IMG/VR virus record: IMGVR_UViG_3300048575_000467
Location: 1-42,228 of that record
DNA from: a virus
Lineage: Duplodnaviria > Caudoviricetes
Strand: one strand, 5' to 3'
Length of the DNA stretch: 42,228 nt
Part shown: positions 15,429 through 24,564 of the stretch, in pieces
Position numbering within the stretch: the first letter of the stretch is position 1
How the letters are laid out: the number at the start of each line of letters is the position of its first letter
The notes under the pieces: generated by a model
What the model saw: the letters and a program-made list of their open reading frames with translations, nothing else
The model's database searches: none
What the model was told of the DNA's origin: nothing
Translations under genes and position numbers: made by a program

Positions 15429-18211
15429 AGGCTCATGGTCTCGTAGTGCCTGACCACGGCCAGCACCGTGCAGGGCAAAGGTTGCTCGTGCCGGATGAAC
15501 ACCGACCCATCGCGCTCATAGTCCGACGACATTTCCAGCACCCGCCAGCCCGAGAACAGGGCCGGCGACTGCCCAAGCGGCGTGGCCGAAGAGCGGAAGG
15601 GGATCGTCTCCAGGTTGTCGGCCGTAGGACCGACCTTCAGGCCCAGGCTCCGGTAGAGCCGCACGGCGGCGGCGATGAGCTTCTTGATTTTGGCCTGGCT
15701 GGAACCATCCTCGGCCCCGCCCTCCACGGGCAACACGCCCAGGTCCGCCGTGTAGGGCAACCCCAGGTGCACCACCGAAGCCGGCGCGGGCAGAGTCACG
15801 CTGCCGCCGGCTACCACAACCGGCCCGACCACGCCGCCGTCCGCCAGCCCGACCACCGTGCAGCCCTCCAGATGATCGAGCCCGGAAACCGTGGCAACGG
15901 CTGCGCCCTGATAGGACAGGCCCGAGTCCACGAAAAATGCCCCGGCTTTTTCCTGTTCGTCAAAGACCGGGTCCATACACTCGACGTAGCGCCGCTCCTG
16001 GCCGCCAACGACCCGTGAGATCACAAACCAGGGTTCATCCCGCTCCGGGCCAGGGATGCAGGCCACGGACTCAAACCGGCCTGCGGTCACATGGCGATGC
16101 CAGCCGACAACCTTTTCCAGGCGATTGTACGTGAACCCAAGCAAGGCCCCGTCTCCCCGCACACACCAGACAATGGCGTCCGGTTCCCGGGCGTAGTCCA
16201 TCTCCACGATACGGCCGGCCGTGATATGCTCGGAAATAATGGTCATATCGGGAGCGGAAAAGGAGTTGTCCTTATAACTGTAGGCCAGCTCCCGGAGTTT
16301 GCGCCCGGTGCGCTGGACGAACAGCACGACGCCCGCCACAGCAATGGGCTGCACCCTTGCCGAGCCGTCGCCGTTTTCGCGTTTGGCGCTGGCCGTGGAG
16401 GGCGTCAGGGGAGACGTGGAATCCGGTTCCCCCACCCGCCATTCCGCGCCCACGGTCCCTACCAAAAGAACTTTTGCGCTGCGCAACCACCGAATGGCGT
16501 TGACCTGGTTCGAGACTATTTCCAGGGTGATGGCGGCGGTGTCGGCCGATCCTGGGGCAAAATTGTAGTAATCGGCCGAGACGCTGCCCCAAATGTGCTG
16601 GGGCTGATGCGCCGTGCCGGCAAACCACAGCCGCCCTTCGTGGAACGTGGTGCAACGGGGCCAGCCTCGGTAGTTGCTCCAGGCCCCTTCCCGCCACTTG
16701 TTGGTCGGGTCGGACGCACCAAAGGGTTCGATGATCTTGACCGTGGCACTGCGCGGGTTACTGACTTCGACAACCTGACAATACCCCACCGCATCGTTAT
16801 GCAGCAGCCGGAAGAAGGCCCCGACGTGGAGCGCGTCAAACAAATCTTGAGACGACACCACGCTGGTGATGGGGTCAGGCGTAGGGATGGACACGGCGTC
16901 AATTGCCCGCGATGCGTTTACATTGTGTCGGAAGATGATACAGGCGGTGCAATCCGCATCAGGGGTAAAGGTCACCTCATGCTGCCCATTGAAATAAGAC
17001 GCTTCCGCAACAACGTATGCCTCTTCATACGTCCACGCCAAATCAAACACGTGAATACCAGGGATAAACAGCCTTTTCAGGGCACCCTCTATTTTTGAAT
17101 TAAAAACAAAACGGATTCTGTCCGTACTCACTGGTTCGTCAAATTCAAAAATCGAAACACCAGCTTGTAAATTGTCGTATTGCTTGACCCTTACCCAGTT
17201 CATATTTTCATACTTTTGCACAATGACAGAGGTACACCATCCATCAGAGCTTTGCGCAAGCCGCGCCTGCGAAAGAGTTTTCCTATGCTGAAACGTATAT
17301 TGGAGCCACGTATATCCAGCCGTGAAATACTCCGGCGACCAGGACGTGGAACCTCCCACATCATCAAAGGCCATCTCTGGTTCGTGATACGTGGTGACAC
17401 TACTGGACGCCGTTGCTGTCCCACCGGTACAGACGTTTTCAGGCTCGTTCCGGCGGCCTTTCCTGATGGCCATTTGAATCGGCCCGGCCTTGACGTCGAA
17501 TTGAATTTTCCGTTCCATGCCTCCAGACAGGCCTATTTCCTGTTGCAGGCTGGCGTATCCGGTGCCGTCGCTGACCAGATTGGCCCATGCCGACGCATCC
17601 CAGGCCACGCTGGACCCGGTGTCCGACAAATCCACCCATCCTTTCAGGTCTGCGGCGAATTGGCCATTCACCACCAATTCGCCGCTTGTCCCTGGCGTCA
17701 GGGTAAACTGGCTGTCCTTGTTTTCGTCGAGCCATGGCCCGTCCAGGACATCCAGGGGAGACAGCCGCCAATCTGTGTGGCCGCTGCGCGAGAGGGTCAT
17801 GGGCTGGCGGCCTGGATGGCAAATAAACAGCACGTCCGCGCTCTGGGCCCAGGTCAAATCCGCCAAATCCGACTCTTCATACGGCGTTTCGATTTCATAG
17901 GGCTGTCCGGATTCGGTGACGATCCGGCCGCCGTCCTTGTAGAAACGACAATAGCGGTGGCCGGCCTCAATGACATAGGCCTGTTCGCTGGAGAACTCGA
18001 AGGGGATCAACCGGCATTTGCGGTCCTGATGCTTGGCTTCGGCCACGAACCGCAGGCCGGAACGCTTGACCACGCCGCCATGGGGCATGAGGGCGAAATT
18101 CAGGCACGTGCCGGCCCCGGCATAATACTGGTTCAGATCCACCCGGCCGAGCAGGCGCGGCGAAATCTCCCCGGAGCTAAAGGACGTCTGGATGCTGGTT
18201 GCCTTGGCCAT
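15425..18211 (-). CDS. Tail tubular protein B / nozzle
   Basis: IQTSFSSGEISPRLLGRVDL, QSADVLFICHP, GWPRC.TFHEGRLWFAG, GWHRH, VHLGLPY. Confidence 0.9.
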   Translation of the reverse strand: MAKATSIQTSFSSGEISPRLLGRVDLNQYYAGAGTCLNFALMPHGGVVKRSGLRFVAEAKHQDRKCRLIPFEFSSEQAYVIEAGHRYCRFYKDGGRIVTESGQPYEIETPYEESDLADLTWAQSADVLFICHPGRQPMTLSRSGHTDWRLSPLDVLDGPWLDENKDSQFTLTPGTSGELVVNGQFAADLKGWVDLSDTGSSVAWDASAWANLVSDGTGYASLQQEIGLSGGMERKIQFDVKAGPIQMAIRKGRRNEPENVCTGGTATASSSVTTYHEPEMAFDDVGGSTSWSPEYFTAGYTWLQYTFQHRKTLSQARLAQSSDGWCTSVIVQKYENMNWVRVKQYDNLQAGVSIFEFDEPVSTDRIRFVFNSKIEGALKRLFIPGIHVFDLAWTYEEAYVVAEASYFNGQHEVTFTPDADCTACIIFRHNVNASRAIDAVSIPTPDPITSVVSSQDLFDALHVGAFFRLLHNDAVGYCQVVEVSNPRSATVKIIEPFGASDPTNKWREGAWSNYRGWPRCTTFHEGRLWFAGTAHQPQHIWGSVSADYYNFAPGSADTAAITLEIVSNQVNAIRWLRSAKVLLVGTVGAEWRVGEPDSTSPLTPSTASAKRENGDGSARVQPIAVAGVVLFVQRTGRKLRELAYSYKDNSFSAPDMTIISEHITAGRIVEMDYAREPDAIVWCVRGDGALLGFTYNRLEKVVGWHRHVTAGRFESVACIPGPERDEPWFVISRVVGGQERRYVECMDPVFDEQEKAGAFFVDSGLSYQGAAVATVSGLDHLEGCTVVGLADGGVVGPVVVAGGSVTLPAPASVVHLGLPYTADLGVLPVEGGAEDGSSQAKIKKLIAAAVRLYRSLGLKVGPTADNLETIPFRSSATPLGQSPALFSGWRVLEMSSDYERDGSVFIRHEQPLPCTVLAVVRHYETMSL

Positions 18212-18214
18212 CTT

Positions 18215-18775
18215 CTAGCGCCCCTTTGTCCAGTACGGCGCGATATCCTGGGCCGCGCCCTGGCTCCCGCTGGCGATGCCGCGCACCTCGGCCAGCCGGG
18301 CCCGGTACAGGGTCATGGCCGCTTCGTAGTCCGAGCTTTTGCGGGTGATGGCCAGGGCCAGTTCCGCCGCCAGGCGCGTGGAAAGGAGATCCGCAAAGGC
18401 AGGGTGAAAAAGTGCAGGGTCCGCGATGCGGCGCACGTAGCGAAGCATGACCGTCTCGGCATCGGTGAGCAGCTGCCGGCCCTCGATCTGGTAGGCCAGC
18501 CCGGGGCCGGCCGACGTGTCCACCAGGGCAATGAAATCCGTGGGCAGCTGATAGGCAAAGGCAAAGCCGTACAAGGGCGCATCCGCCAGCCGCGCCAGCG
18601 AGGCCCGGGCCAGGGCGAAGGGCCAAGCGTGTTCGGCCAGCACTTCGGCCAATAAGGGATCGTAGGCCGCCGCCGCAAACCGCGCCCTTTTGGTGTCCTC
18701 GTCCAGGCTGGCGATGGGTTCCGCACCAATTTTGGCAAGGGCGGCGTTGCAGATGGACACTTTGGAGGTGGACAT
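18215..18775 (-). CDS. Tail tubular protein A / adaptor
   Basis: SKVSICNAALAKIGA..I, HAWPFA, YQLPTD, F.P.F.D.L..RLA.ELA. Confidence 0.9.
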   Translation of the reverse strand: MSTSKVSICNAALAKIGAEPIASLDEDTKRARFAAAAYDPLLAEVLAEHAWPFALARASLARLADAPLYGFAFAYQLPTDFIALVDTSAGPGLAYQIEGRQLLTDAETVMLRYVRRIADPALFHPAFADLLSTRLAAELALAITRKSSDYEAAMTLYRARLAEVRGIASGSQGAAQDIAPYWTKGR

Positions 18776-18778
18776 GGG

Positions 18779-19090
18779 CTAACCCTGCTGCCCGTACAGC
18801 ACATTGGCCTGGTCAACCTGCTGCACCCGTTCCACGGCCAAATCGGTCACCTGAATGCTGACACTGACGGTCTTGCCGTTTTTATCGTCATTGATCGAAA
18901 CGCTTTTGATGTAGCCAAGGCCGGACAACTGCACTTTTTCCCCGGCCGCGATGCCTTCCAGACCCAGCCGCTTCGCCGCGTCACCTTCCAGATGCAGCGT
19001 GGTGCCCCATTCGTATTCCGCCTCATCCAAGGCGATCCCGCTGCATTCTTTCTGCTGACTGACTCGCTTCAGACTGACCATTTCCGCCAT
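18779..19090 (-). CDS. Capsid staple/decoration-like protein
   Basis: Start MAEMVSLK; YEWGTTLHL...LGL, V.IQVTDL, LYG C-terminus; lies downstream of the cement gene. Confidence 0.55.
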   Translation of the reverse strand: MAEMVSLKRVSQQKECSGIALDEAEYEWGTTLHLEGDAAKRLGLEGIAAGEKVQLSGLGYIKSVSINDDKNGKTVSVSIQVTDLAVERVQQVDQANVLYGQQG

Positions 19091-19137
19091 ATGTTCCCCC
19101 TGTGAGAGGGGCCGGCCTGCGCCGGCCCCCGTTGCGT

Positions 19138-19542
19138 TTAGAACCGGCGATTGGTCTGTTTCTCGAAGACAAGGCCGGCGGTGAGCTTTCCGGCGGTCAT
19201 GGTGGCCGAGCAGGTGTAGTAGAGCCGCACGAAGCGCTTGTTGAGATCGGCAACCAGCCCGGGCAGGCGGAATTCGTAGCCCTGGACCAGATCGTCCTTG
19301 TCGATGGGTGCCGACGTCCACAGGGTTTCCACCGTGCCGAAGGCTTCGTCATCGGAGGCCTGAAGAGTGATAGACATGGCGGCGTCGGCCGTGGCCGAGG
19401 CGAAGGCGGTTTCAACAATTGCGAAGACGTCCAGCGCATCGGCAAAGCTGGATTTGCTGCCCAGGTCGATGACGTTTGAGGAGGGGGCCGTGACGGTGAT
19501 GGCCTGGGCCTGGCTGAAGAGGTTCTGCTTGTCGAGGATCAT
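19138..19542 (-). CDS. Bbp16-like capsid cement protein
   Basis: MILDKQNLFSQAQAIT..A.S.NVIDLG...RFVRLYY...TAGKLTAGLV. Confidence 0.85.
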   Translation of the reverse strand: MILDKQNLFSQAQAITVTAPSSNVIDLGSKSSFADALDVFAIVETAFASATADAAMSITLQASDDEAFGTVETLWTSAPIDKDDLVQGYEFRLPGLVADLNKRFVRLYYTCSATMTAGKLTAGLVFEKQTNRRF

Positions 19543-19552
19543 GGGTGCTCCC

Positions 19553-20542
19553 TTACGCCACGGTGTCTTCGGCGTTGGTAATGGCGTCCACCGCCTGGAC
19601 GGGCAAACCATCGAATGCGACGACCTTCTTGCCGGCGATTTCTTCCAGGGACAGGTGGACGTTGTTCTTGTTGGTGATCTGCCGACGCAGGAAGCTGCGA
19701 ATGGTGCGGTTGCAGTAGAAGACCGTGCGGCCCATGTTCTGGGCCGGCAGCAGTTCGAGAGCCTGGACCATGAGGTCCACGAGGTCCGCGCCGGTGGCGG
19801 CGTTCTTGGTCAGGGTGCCAGTGTTGATATTGCTGATGCGGACGCAATACCGCCAGTCGCGCAGGCACAGGCCTAAATCCCACCCGTAATGGGAGCGATA
19901 CCCCTGGTATTTGCCCCCGTTCTCATCCTCCAGTGTCACTTCGCCCAGGTCGTTGTGCTGGAAACCGGCCTTGCTTCCCTCGGGATAAAGGCCGTGCAGG
20001 GTATTGGGGCTCCAGGTGCACAGCCAGACGGAAGTATTGTTAGCGTTACCTCCGGCGGACAGCACGTTGGCGGCCGATTCGCTGCCGGACAGGGCCGAAT
20101 ACCGGGGTGCCAGCCCCAGGAATCGTTCCGGGTTTTTCCGGGTGTCGCCATAGAACAGCGTTTCCGCCATCTGCTGGTTCATGGCCTCGATAAATGCCCG
20201 GTCCTCGGAAAGGCGGAATTCCGCCGTGTTGCCGTTTTTGTCGGCCAACTTTTTATCGACTTCGGCATACCCGGAGAGCATGCCGCAGGTGTCCTTGACC
20301 TGGGCAGTACGACTCTTGGACGGCTGAACCCCGTGGTTCAGCAAACGCCAGGCAACGGCCGGCAGGCCGGTGCGCACCGTGGTCTGGTGGCCGGACCCGT
20401 CGTTGCACTCGACCATGGTCATGTCGTCAAGGATCGGGTTCGTTTCCTTGAGCAGTTCGACGATGACGTCAATTTTTCCCTTCGGATCGAGGCGCTTGGC
20501 CACATCCGCCAGGGTCGGGTTCAGGTTTCCGATGGTAGCCAT
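19553..20542 (-). CDS. Major capsid protein (BPP-1 Bbp17-like)
   Basis: PTLADVAKRLDP, RTGLPAVAWR..N.GV.PSKS, LRDWRY.VRI.NI. Confidence 0.95.
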   Translation of the reverse strand: MATIGNLNPTLADVAKRLDPKGKIDVIVELLKETNPILDDMTMVECNDGSGHQTTVRTGLPAVAWRLLNHGVQPSKSRTAQVKDTCGMLSGYAEVDKKLADKNGNTAEFRLSEDRAFIEAMNQQMAETLFYGDTRKNPERFLGLAPRYSALSGSESAANVLSAGGNANNTSVWLCTWSPNTLHGLYPEGSKAGFQHNDLGEVTLEDENGGKYQGYRSHYGWDLGLCLRDWRYCVRISNINTGTLTKNAATGADLVDLMVQALELLPAQNMGRTVFYCNRTIRSFLRRQITNKNNVHLSLEEIAGKKVVAFDGLPVQAVDAITNAEDTVA

Positions 20543-20554
20543 GTGGATTCTTCC

Positions 20555-21331
20555 TTAGTTCTTGAAGTTCATTTTCGGGTACAGGATGCTGGCGGCGTTT
20601 TGGCCGGCATTGCCGCCGCCTCCGCCCTTGCCAAACGCCCCATCTTCGGACAGCGCTTTACCGATGAGGTGGAAGGTCTTGACGATCAACGGGTGGTCGC
20701 CGATGCCGGTAGACTCAAAGAGCGCCCCAAGCTCCGGGCTGCCGAACGTCTTTACCGCCTTCTGGGCCAGGGCCACATTTGCCGGGAACTCCTGCCCCCA
20801 CTCGGTTTGGAGTGCCGTAATCCCTTCGGCGCGCTGTCTGGCATAGGCTTGCTTCAGGGCGTCGAACCGGCCGGCGTCAACCTTGAGCAATTCGGGCACG
20901 ATGGCCGCGAACTGCTCTTGTGACAGCTTGCCGGCAAAGGCGATGTCCTTGACCTTGCCCAACAGAGCGTCATTGACCGGGATGTCCGCCGGGGCCTCAA
21001 AGGTGTAGGCGGCGGCGTTCTCCGGGATCACGGCTTCGGGTTTCGTTTCCTGATCCGTCTCCCCGTCTTTGCCATCCTGGCCGTTCTGGCCATTTTGGCC
21101 GCCATCGGTCGGCGGCGTTTGCTGCTGGCCCGGGTCCGCGTTGCCCTGGTTGGCAAACGCGGTCGTTCCCAGCACGGTCCCGCCGGCCCCCTGGCCCTGG
21201 CCATTGGCCTGGGGCGCGGCGTTTTGCGATCCGTTTGCCCCGGCGGCTCCGGTCGCGGTGGTCGAACCATCCCCGCCGGCCGCAACGGTGTTACCCTGGG
21301 CGGCTCCCGTGGTCATGGTGTTAACGGTCAT
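20555..21331 (-). CDS. Capsid scaffolding protein
   Basis: Low-complexity N-terminus; EWG..F..N...A, GIGDHP.IVK.F..IGK.LSED, LYP C-terminus. Confidence 0.8.
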   Translation of the reverse strand: MTVNTMTTGAAQGNTVAAGGDGSTTATGAAGANGSQNAAPQANGQGQGAGGTVLGTTAFANQGNADPGQQQTPPTDGGQNGQNGQDGKDGETDQETKPEAVIPENAAAYTFEAPADIPVNDALLGKVKDIAFAGKLSQEQFAAIVPELLKVDAGRFDALKQAYARQRAEGITALQTEWGQEFPANVALAQKAVKTFGSPELGALFESTGIGDHPLIVKTFHLIGKALSEDGAFGKGGGGGNAGQNAASILYPKMNFKN

Positions 21332-21692
21332 AATGTATTCCCTCGCACTGTTTGATGAATGCCCCCACCGCCTCGCGTTCGCCGGCAAGTTCTTGCATGG
21401 CCTGCGGGTCGATACTGCCCAAGCGGATCATCAGCCGCACGGCTCCGGGCATGGTGTTCATGCCGAGCCGATCCAGTATGTGCAGGCCCAGCTGCCGCCG
21501 GCCTTTCTGGAAAATATCCCGCGAGTTCCCGAAGAACGGATCTTCAAAGGGCCGCGAAACGGCAAACAGGTCTTCGAGCACTCGAAGCCCCGCCTCATCG
21601 CTCATAAACACGCGCCGGTAATCGTTTTGCAGGTTCGCCAGTCGCAAGGTTTCGGTCTGCTCGGCGTCGGCCTGCCGCTGTGTGTTATCCAT
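21321..21692 (-). CDS. Bbp19-like protein
   Basis: Y.RVF....G.RVL.DL, F..GRR.LGL.IL; between portal and scaffold. Confidence 0.7.
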   Translation of the reverse strand: MDNTQRQADAEQTETLRLANLQNDYRRVFMSDEAGLRVLEDLFAVSRPFEDPFFGNSRDIFQKGRRQLGLHILDRLGMNTMPGAVRLMIRLGSIDPQAMQELAGEREAVGAFIKQCEGIHYDR

Positions 21693-23421
21693 TCTGCTGC
21701 CCTCCCTGGGGAGCGGCCCCGGCCAAGGCCGTCAGGCCGTTTGGCCCCTGCATGTCGATTTCCGAAAGCGCCTTGGCCTGGCCTATCTGCTGCGCCGCCG
21801 CTTGCTCCTGCTGCATCCTGGCCTGCGCCTCGGCCCGGGCCTGGCGTTTGGCCTCCACGTCATCCAGTCCGCGCAGGAGGTTGGCCGGCGTCCCCACCAT
21901 CTCGGCGTAGAGCCTGATGACGGCGTCCCCGTCCAAGTTGTCCAACACCTCCGGGCCAAACACCTGCACCATCGGCGCGACAAACTGCATGGTGCGGTCG
22001 ATGCTGCCCACGCCCACCTGTTTCTGGGCCTGGGCCAGCAGGCCGATGTATTCGGGCGTAATGTCCTGGCCGCGCATTTCCTCGGGAGGGTTCGGGATCT
22101 GAAGCATGGCCTCGTCAATGATGAGCGGCCAGCCCGTAGCCGGGTCGATGCGGCCCAGCGGGTCGCGTCCGGCCTGCCACATGAGGTCAAAGGTGCGATT
22201 CATGAGTGGATCAAGGAATTCGCTTTGCTGCTTCTCCACCACCGGCCCCAACATCAGGATTTTTTCCTCGTGCCGCTCAAGCACTTCCGTGGCCGTCATG
22301 CCGGGGTGCTGGGCGATCATCAGGAAAAGATCATTGAAGAACCCGGAAAGCAGCGCATCGCGCATCTGCTGCATCTTGGTTTCCACGGCCGTGACGTCAA
22401 AATCGACCTGATACAGCGGCCGTAGCCCCTCGTTTTTCCCCACCTCTTCGTTTTCGTAGCTGATGCCACCGGGCCACATGCAGATTTTGCGCGACGTAAA
22501 ATCCTTGGGGGCAACCAGCGGCGGGTTCACGGTTTTCTGGATGGCTTCCAGGCTGCTTTTGCCCATGGCCATGAGCATCTTGATGTCCGGAAGGCTGTCC
22601 AGGCCCGGGCACCAGCCGTAGACGTCGCTACCCGTCTGGTCCCAGCGAGTGACCATGCAGGGGAAAGTGCGGAAACCGCTCTCGGAAAGAACCGTGCTCG
22701 ATCCGAGGTCGATGTAGGCCGAGACGTAGCCCATGCCCACGGCGGTCATCTGCTGCCGGGGCTCGATAACGTGCAGCACCTCGAACCAGGAATACGGGGC
22801 TTTCTCATAGGCTTCTTGTACAGCTCGGGGGCACTTGTCCTTTCCAAACTGCATGACCATCTGCCGGGCATTGAGCCAGACATGCCGGTAAACGGTGTCC
22901 ACGTAGCCGTATTGGTCCGCGTCCAAGGAGTATTCGCCAACGCCAAAAAGCTTGAAGTTGAGAAGCTTTTGCGGATGCGCGCCTTCCCAAACGACGGTTG
23001 TTCCGAAGGCGGCAACCTCCGTATAGGAATTGTGGGCCACGTCGTAGAAATTCGAGGAGGCAAAAACCTTGCGCATGCGCGTCTCGACGTACTGAAGCCA
23101 ATCCTTGACGCGGCCGTGCTTCTCCAAATCCTCATCGTGGAGCCGCAGGCGCGACCAGGGCCGCACCGGGGAGGTCATTCCTGACTGCATCCCGGCGGCC
23201 AGACGGCGCAAGGCCAGCGTCACGGTGGATTCCATGCGCTTGTCTTCCTTGTCATCACCCCGGTTCGGGCGGTCGCCGCTCTCCGAGAAGCGCCCTTTCC
23301 AGGGCATGATATAGCGCGCCACGTCGCGCCACCGATCATCCCAGGTGCGCCGTTCGGCCTTCAGTTGCGCGAAGCGGTCAAGATAGGGCTTGGCCCGTTC
23401 CTTCTCGTCGGCCATGGTCAC
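21685..23421 (-). CDS. Portal (head-tail connector)
   Basis: LAAGMQSGMTSP.RPW.RL, RW....DVYG..PG, MTATEV.ER.EEK..MLGPV. Confidence 0.95.
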   Translation of the reverse strand: MTMADEKERAKPYLDRFAQLKAERRTWDDRWRDVARYIMPWKGRFSESGDRPNRGDDKEDKRMESTVTLALRRLAAGMQSGMTSPVRPWSRLRLHDEDLEKHGRVKDWLQYVETRMRKVFASSNFYDVAHNSYTEVAAFGTTVVWEGAHPQKLLNFKLFGVGEYSLDADQYGYVDTVYRHVWLNARQMVMQFGKDKCPRAVQEAYEKAPYSWFEVLHVIEPRQQMTAVGMGYVSAYIDLGSSTVLSESGFRTFPCMVTRWDQTGSDVYGWCPGLDSLPDIKMLMAMGKSSLEAIQKTVNPPLVAPKDFTSRKICMWPGGISYENEEVGKNEGLRPLYQVDFDVTAVETKMQQMRDALLSGFFNDLFLMIAQHPGMTATEVLERHEEKILMLGPVVEKQQSEFLDPLMNRTFDLMWQAGRDPLGRIDPATGWPLIIDEAMLQIPNPPEEMRGQDITPEYIGLLAQAQKQVGVGSIDRTMQFVAPMVQVFGPEVLDNLDGDAVIRLYAEMVGTPANLLRGLDDVEAKRQARAEAQARMQQEQAAAQQIGQAKALSEIDMQGPNGLTALAGAAPQGGQQNG

Positions 23422-24002
23422 CCCGCGCCCAGCAGCGTCTTGCGGGTGGTCGGGGCAGTGCCGGATAGGCCCTGACCGCCGGTCAGGATCGTGGATTGCA
23501 ACCCGACATTGGAGCGCCGCTTTTTACGATCCGCCGCCATGGTGTCGGCGGCCGATGTTCCGGCCATGGCGTCATACATGGCGCTCACCTTGCCTTCCGT
23601 CTCCGTAGCCTGGCGCTGTTCATCGGAAAGCCGCGCCTGCTCGGCTTCTTCGGCCCGGGCTGCGGCCGCCTCGGCTTGGCGCTGGGCCTCAAGCTTCTCC
23701 TGCGCCGCCTTCTCGGCGGCAAGAGCCGCCTTGGACGCCTCGGCCGTGGCGCGCAGGCCGGACAGGGCCGAGCCATAGGCCCCTTCGCCGTTGCTGTTGC
23801 CACCGGACAATGCGGCGGCTGCCTCGGCAGCCTGCTGCTGCCGCAACGCCGACGCCTGGGCCTGCTGGGCAACCTGCTGGTTCTGGGCCTCCTGCGCCGC
23901 CTGCTGCTGCTGGTTTTGCTGCAAGGCCATCATCACCATCATCATCTGCATCATGGCGGCCGATCCGCTATCGCCACCGCCGCCGCCTCCTCCCCCGCTC
24001 AT
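23418..24002 (-). CDS. Small virion/assembly protein (T7 gp7.3-like position)
   Basis: C-terminal G..STILTG..G......KTLLG motif typical of the pre-portal gene. Confidence 0.65.
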   Translation of the reverse strand: MSGGGGGGGGDSGSAAMMQMMMVMMALQQNQQQQAAQEAQNQQVAQQAQASALRQQQAAEAAAALSGGNSNGEGAYGSALSGLRATAEASKAALAAEKAAQEKLEAQRQAEAAAARAEEAEQARLSDEQRQATETEGKVSAMYDAMAGTSAADTMAADRKKRRSNVGLQSTILTGGQGLSGTAPTTRKTLLGAG

Positions 24003-24556
24003 TTGCCACCCCCTAACAGTCCTGCGAAAAGGGCTTCCAGGTCCGTGCCGCCAGACAGCAACGATCCGCCGCTTGTTGACGACGACGTGGACGTGCTCTT
24101 TCGCTTTTTGTTCCAGTCCTTCAACTGCTCATAGGCCGCTGCATTCTTTTCGTGATCGGTGTAAAATGCTTCATTTTCCACCGTGGCGTCCGTCTTTTTG
24201 ACCCGCGTTTTCTTGCCAGTACTATCCAGGCCGTAATCATAATTCTGCGATTCTGTGTTGGCAGCGATGGTGTTTATATAGTTCATGGCGTCATAGACAG
24301 TCTGATTGTACTTGTCTTTGCTGGGCATGGTCGCCTGTTTGCTGGCGATGATGGCCCGTTCTTCTTCCGTCTGCGGCACGGCCGCGTTGGCAGGGTCTTG
24401 ACGCTGGCCGGCGGACATCGAATCCATCATCATGTCCATGACGGTCTGGTTGATGTCGTCAACGGCTCCCTGACCGTAGTAGAGCGGATCAATGCGTGAC
24501 GCCTGCTGCATCATCATCATGGGGACCAGCTGTTCCATTCCGCTGCCGCCGCTCAT
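23999..24556 (-). CDS. Hypothetical phage protein (probable virion protein)
   Basis: AGGAGG RBS, coupled to neighbouring genes; Gly/Met-rich N-terminus. Confidence 0.6.
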   Translation of the reverse strand: MSGGSGMEQLVPMMMMQQASRIDPLYYGQGAVDDINQTVMDMMMDSMSAGQRQDPANAAVPQTEEERAIIASKQATMPSKDKYNQTVYDAMNYINTIAANTESQNYDYGLDSTGKKTRVKKTDATVENEAFYTDHEKNAAAYEQLKDWNKKRKSTSTSSSTSGGSLLSGGTDLEALFAGLLGGGK

Positions 24557-24564
24557 AGCGCCTC

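Noticed and set aside
19108-19129. Hairpin ggggccggc-ctgc-gccggcccc after the cement gene as a terminator
   Set aside because: No U-tract; at most a partial attenuator or stability element, routine after capsid genes.
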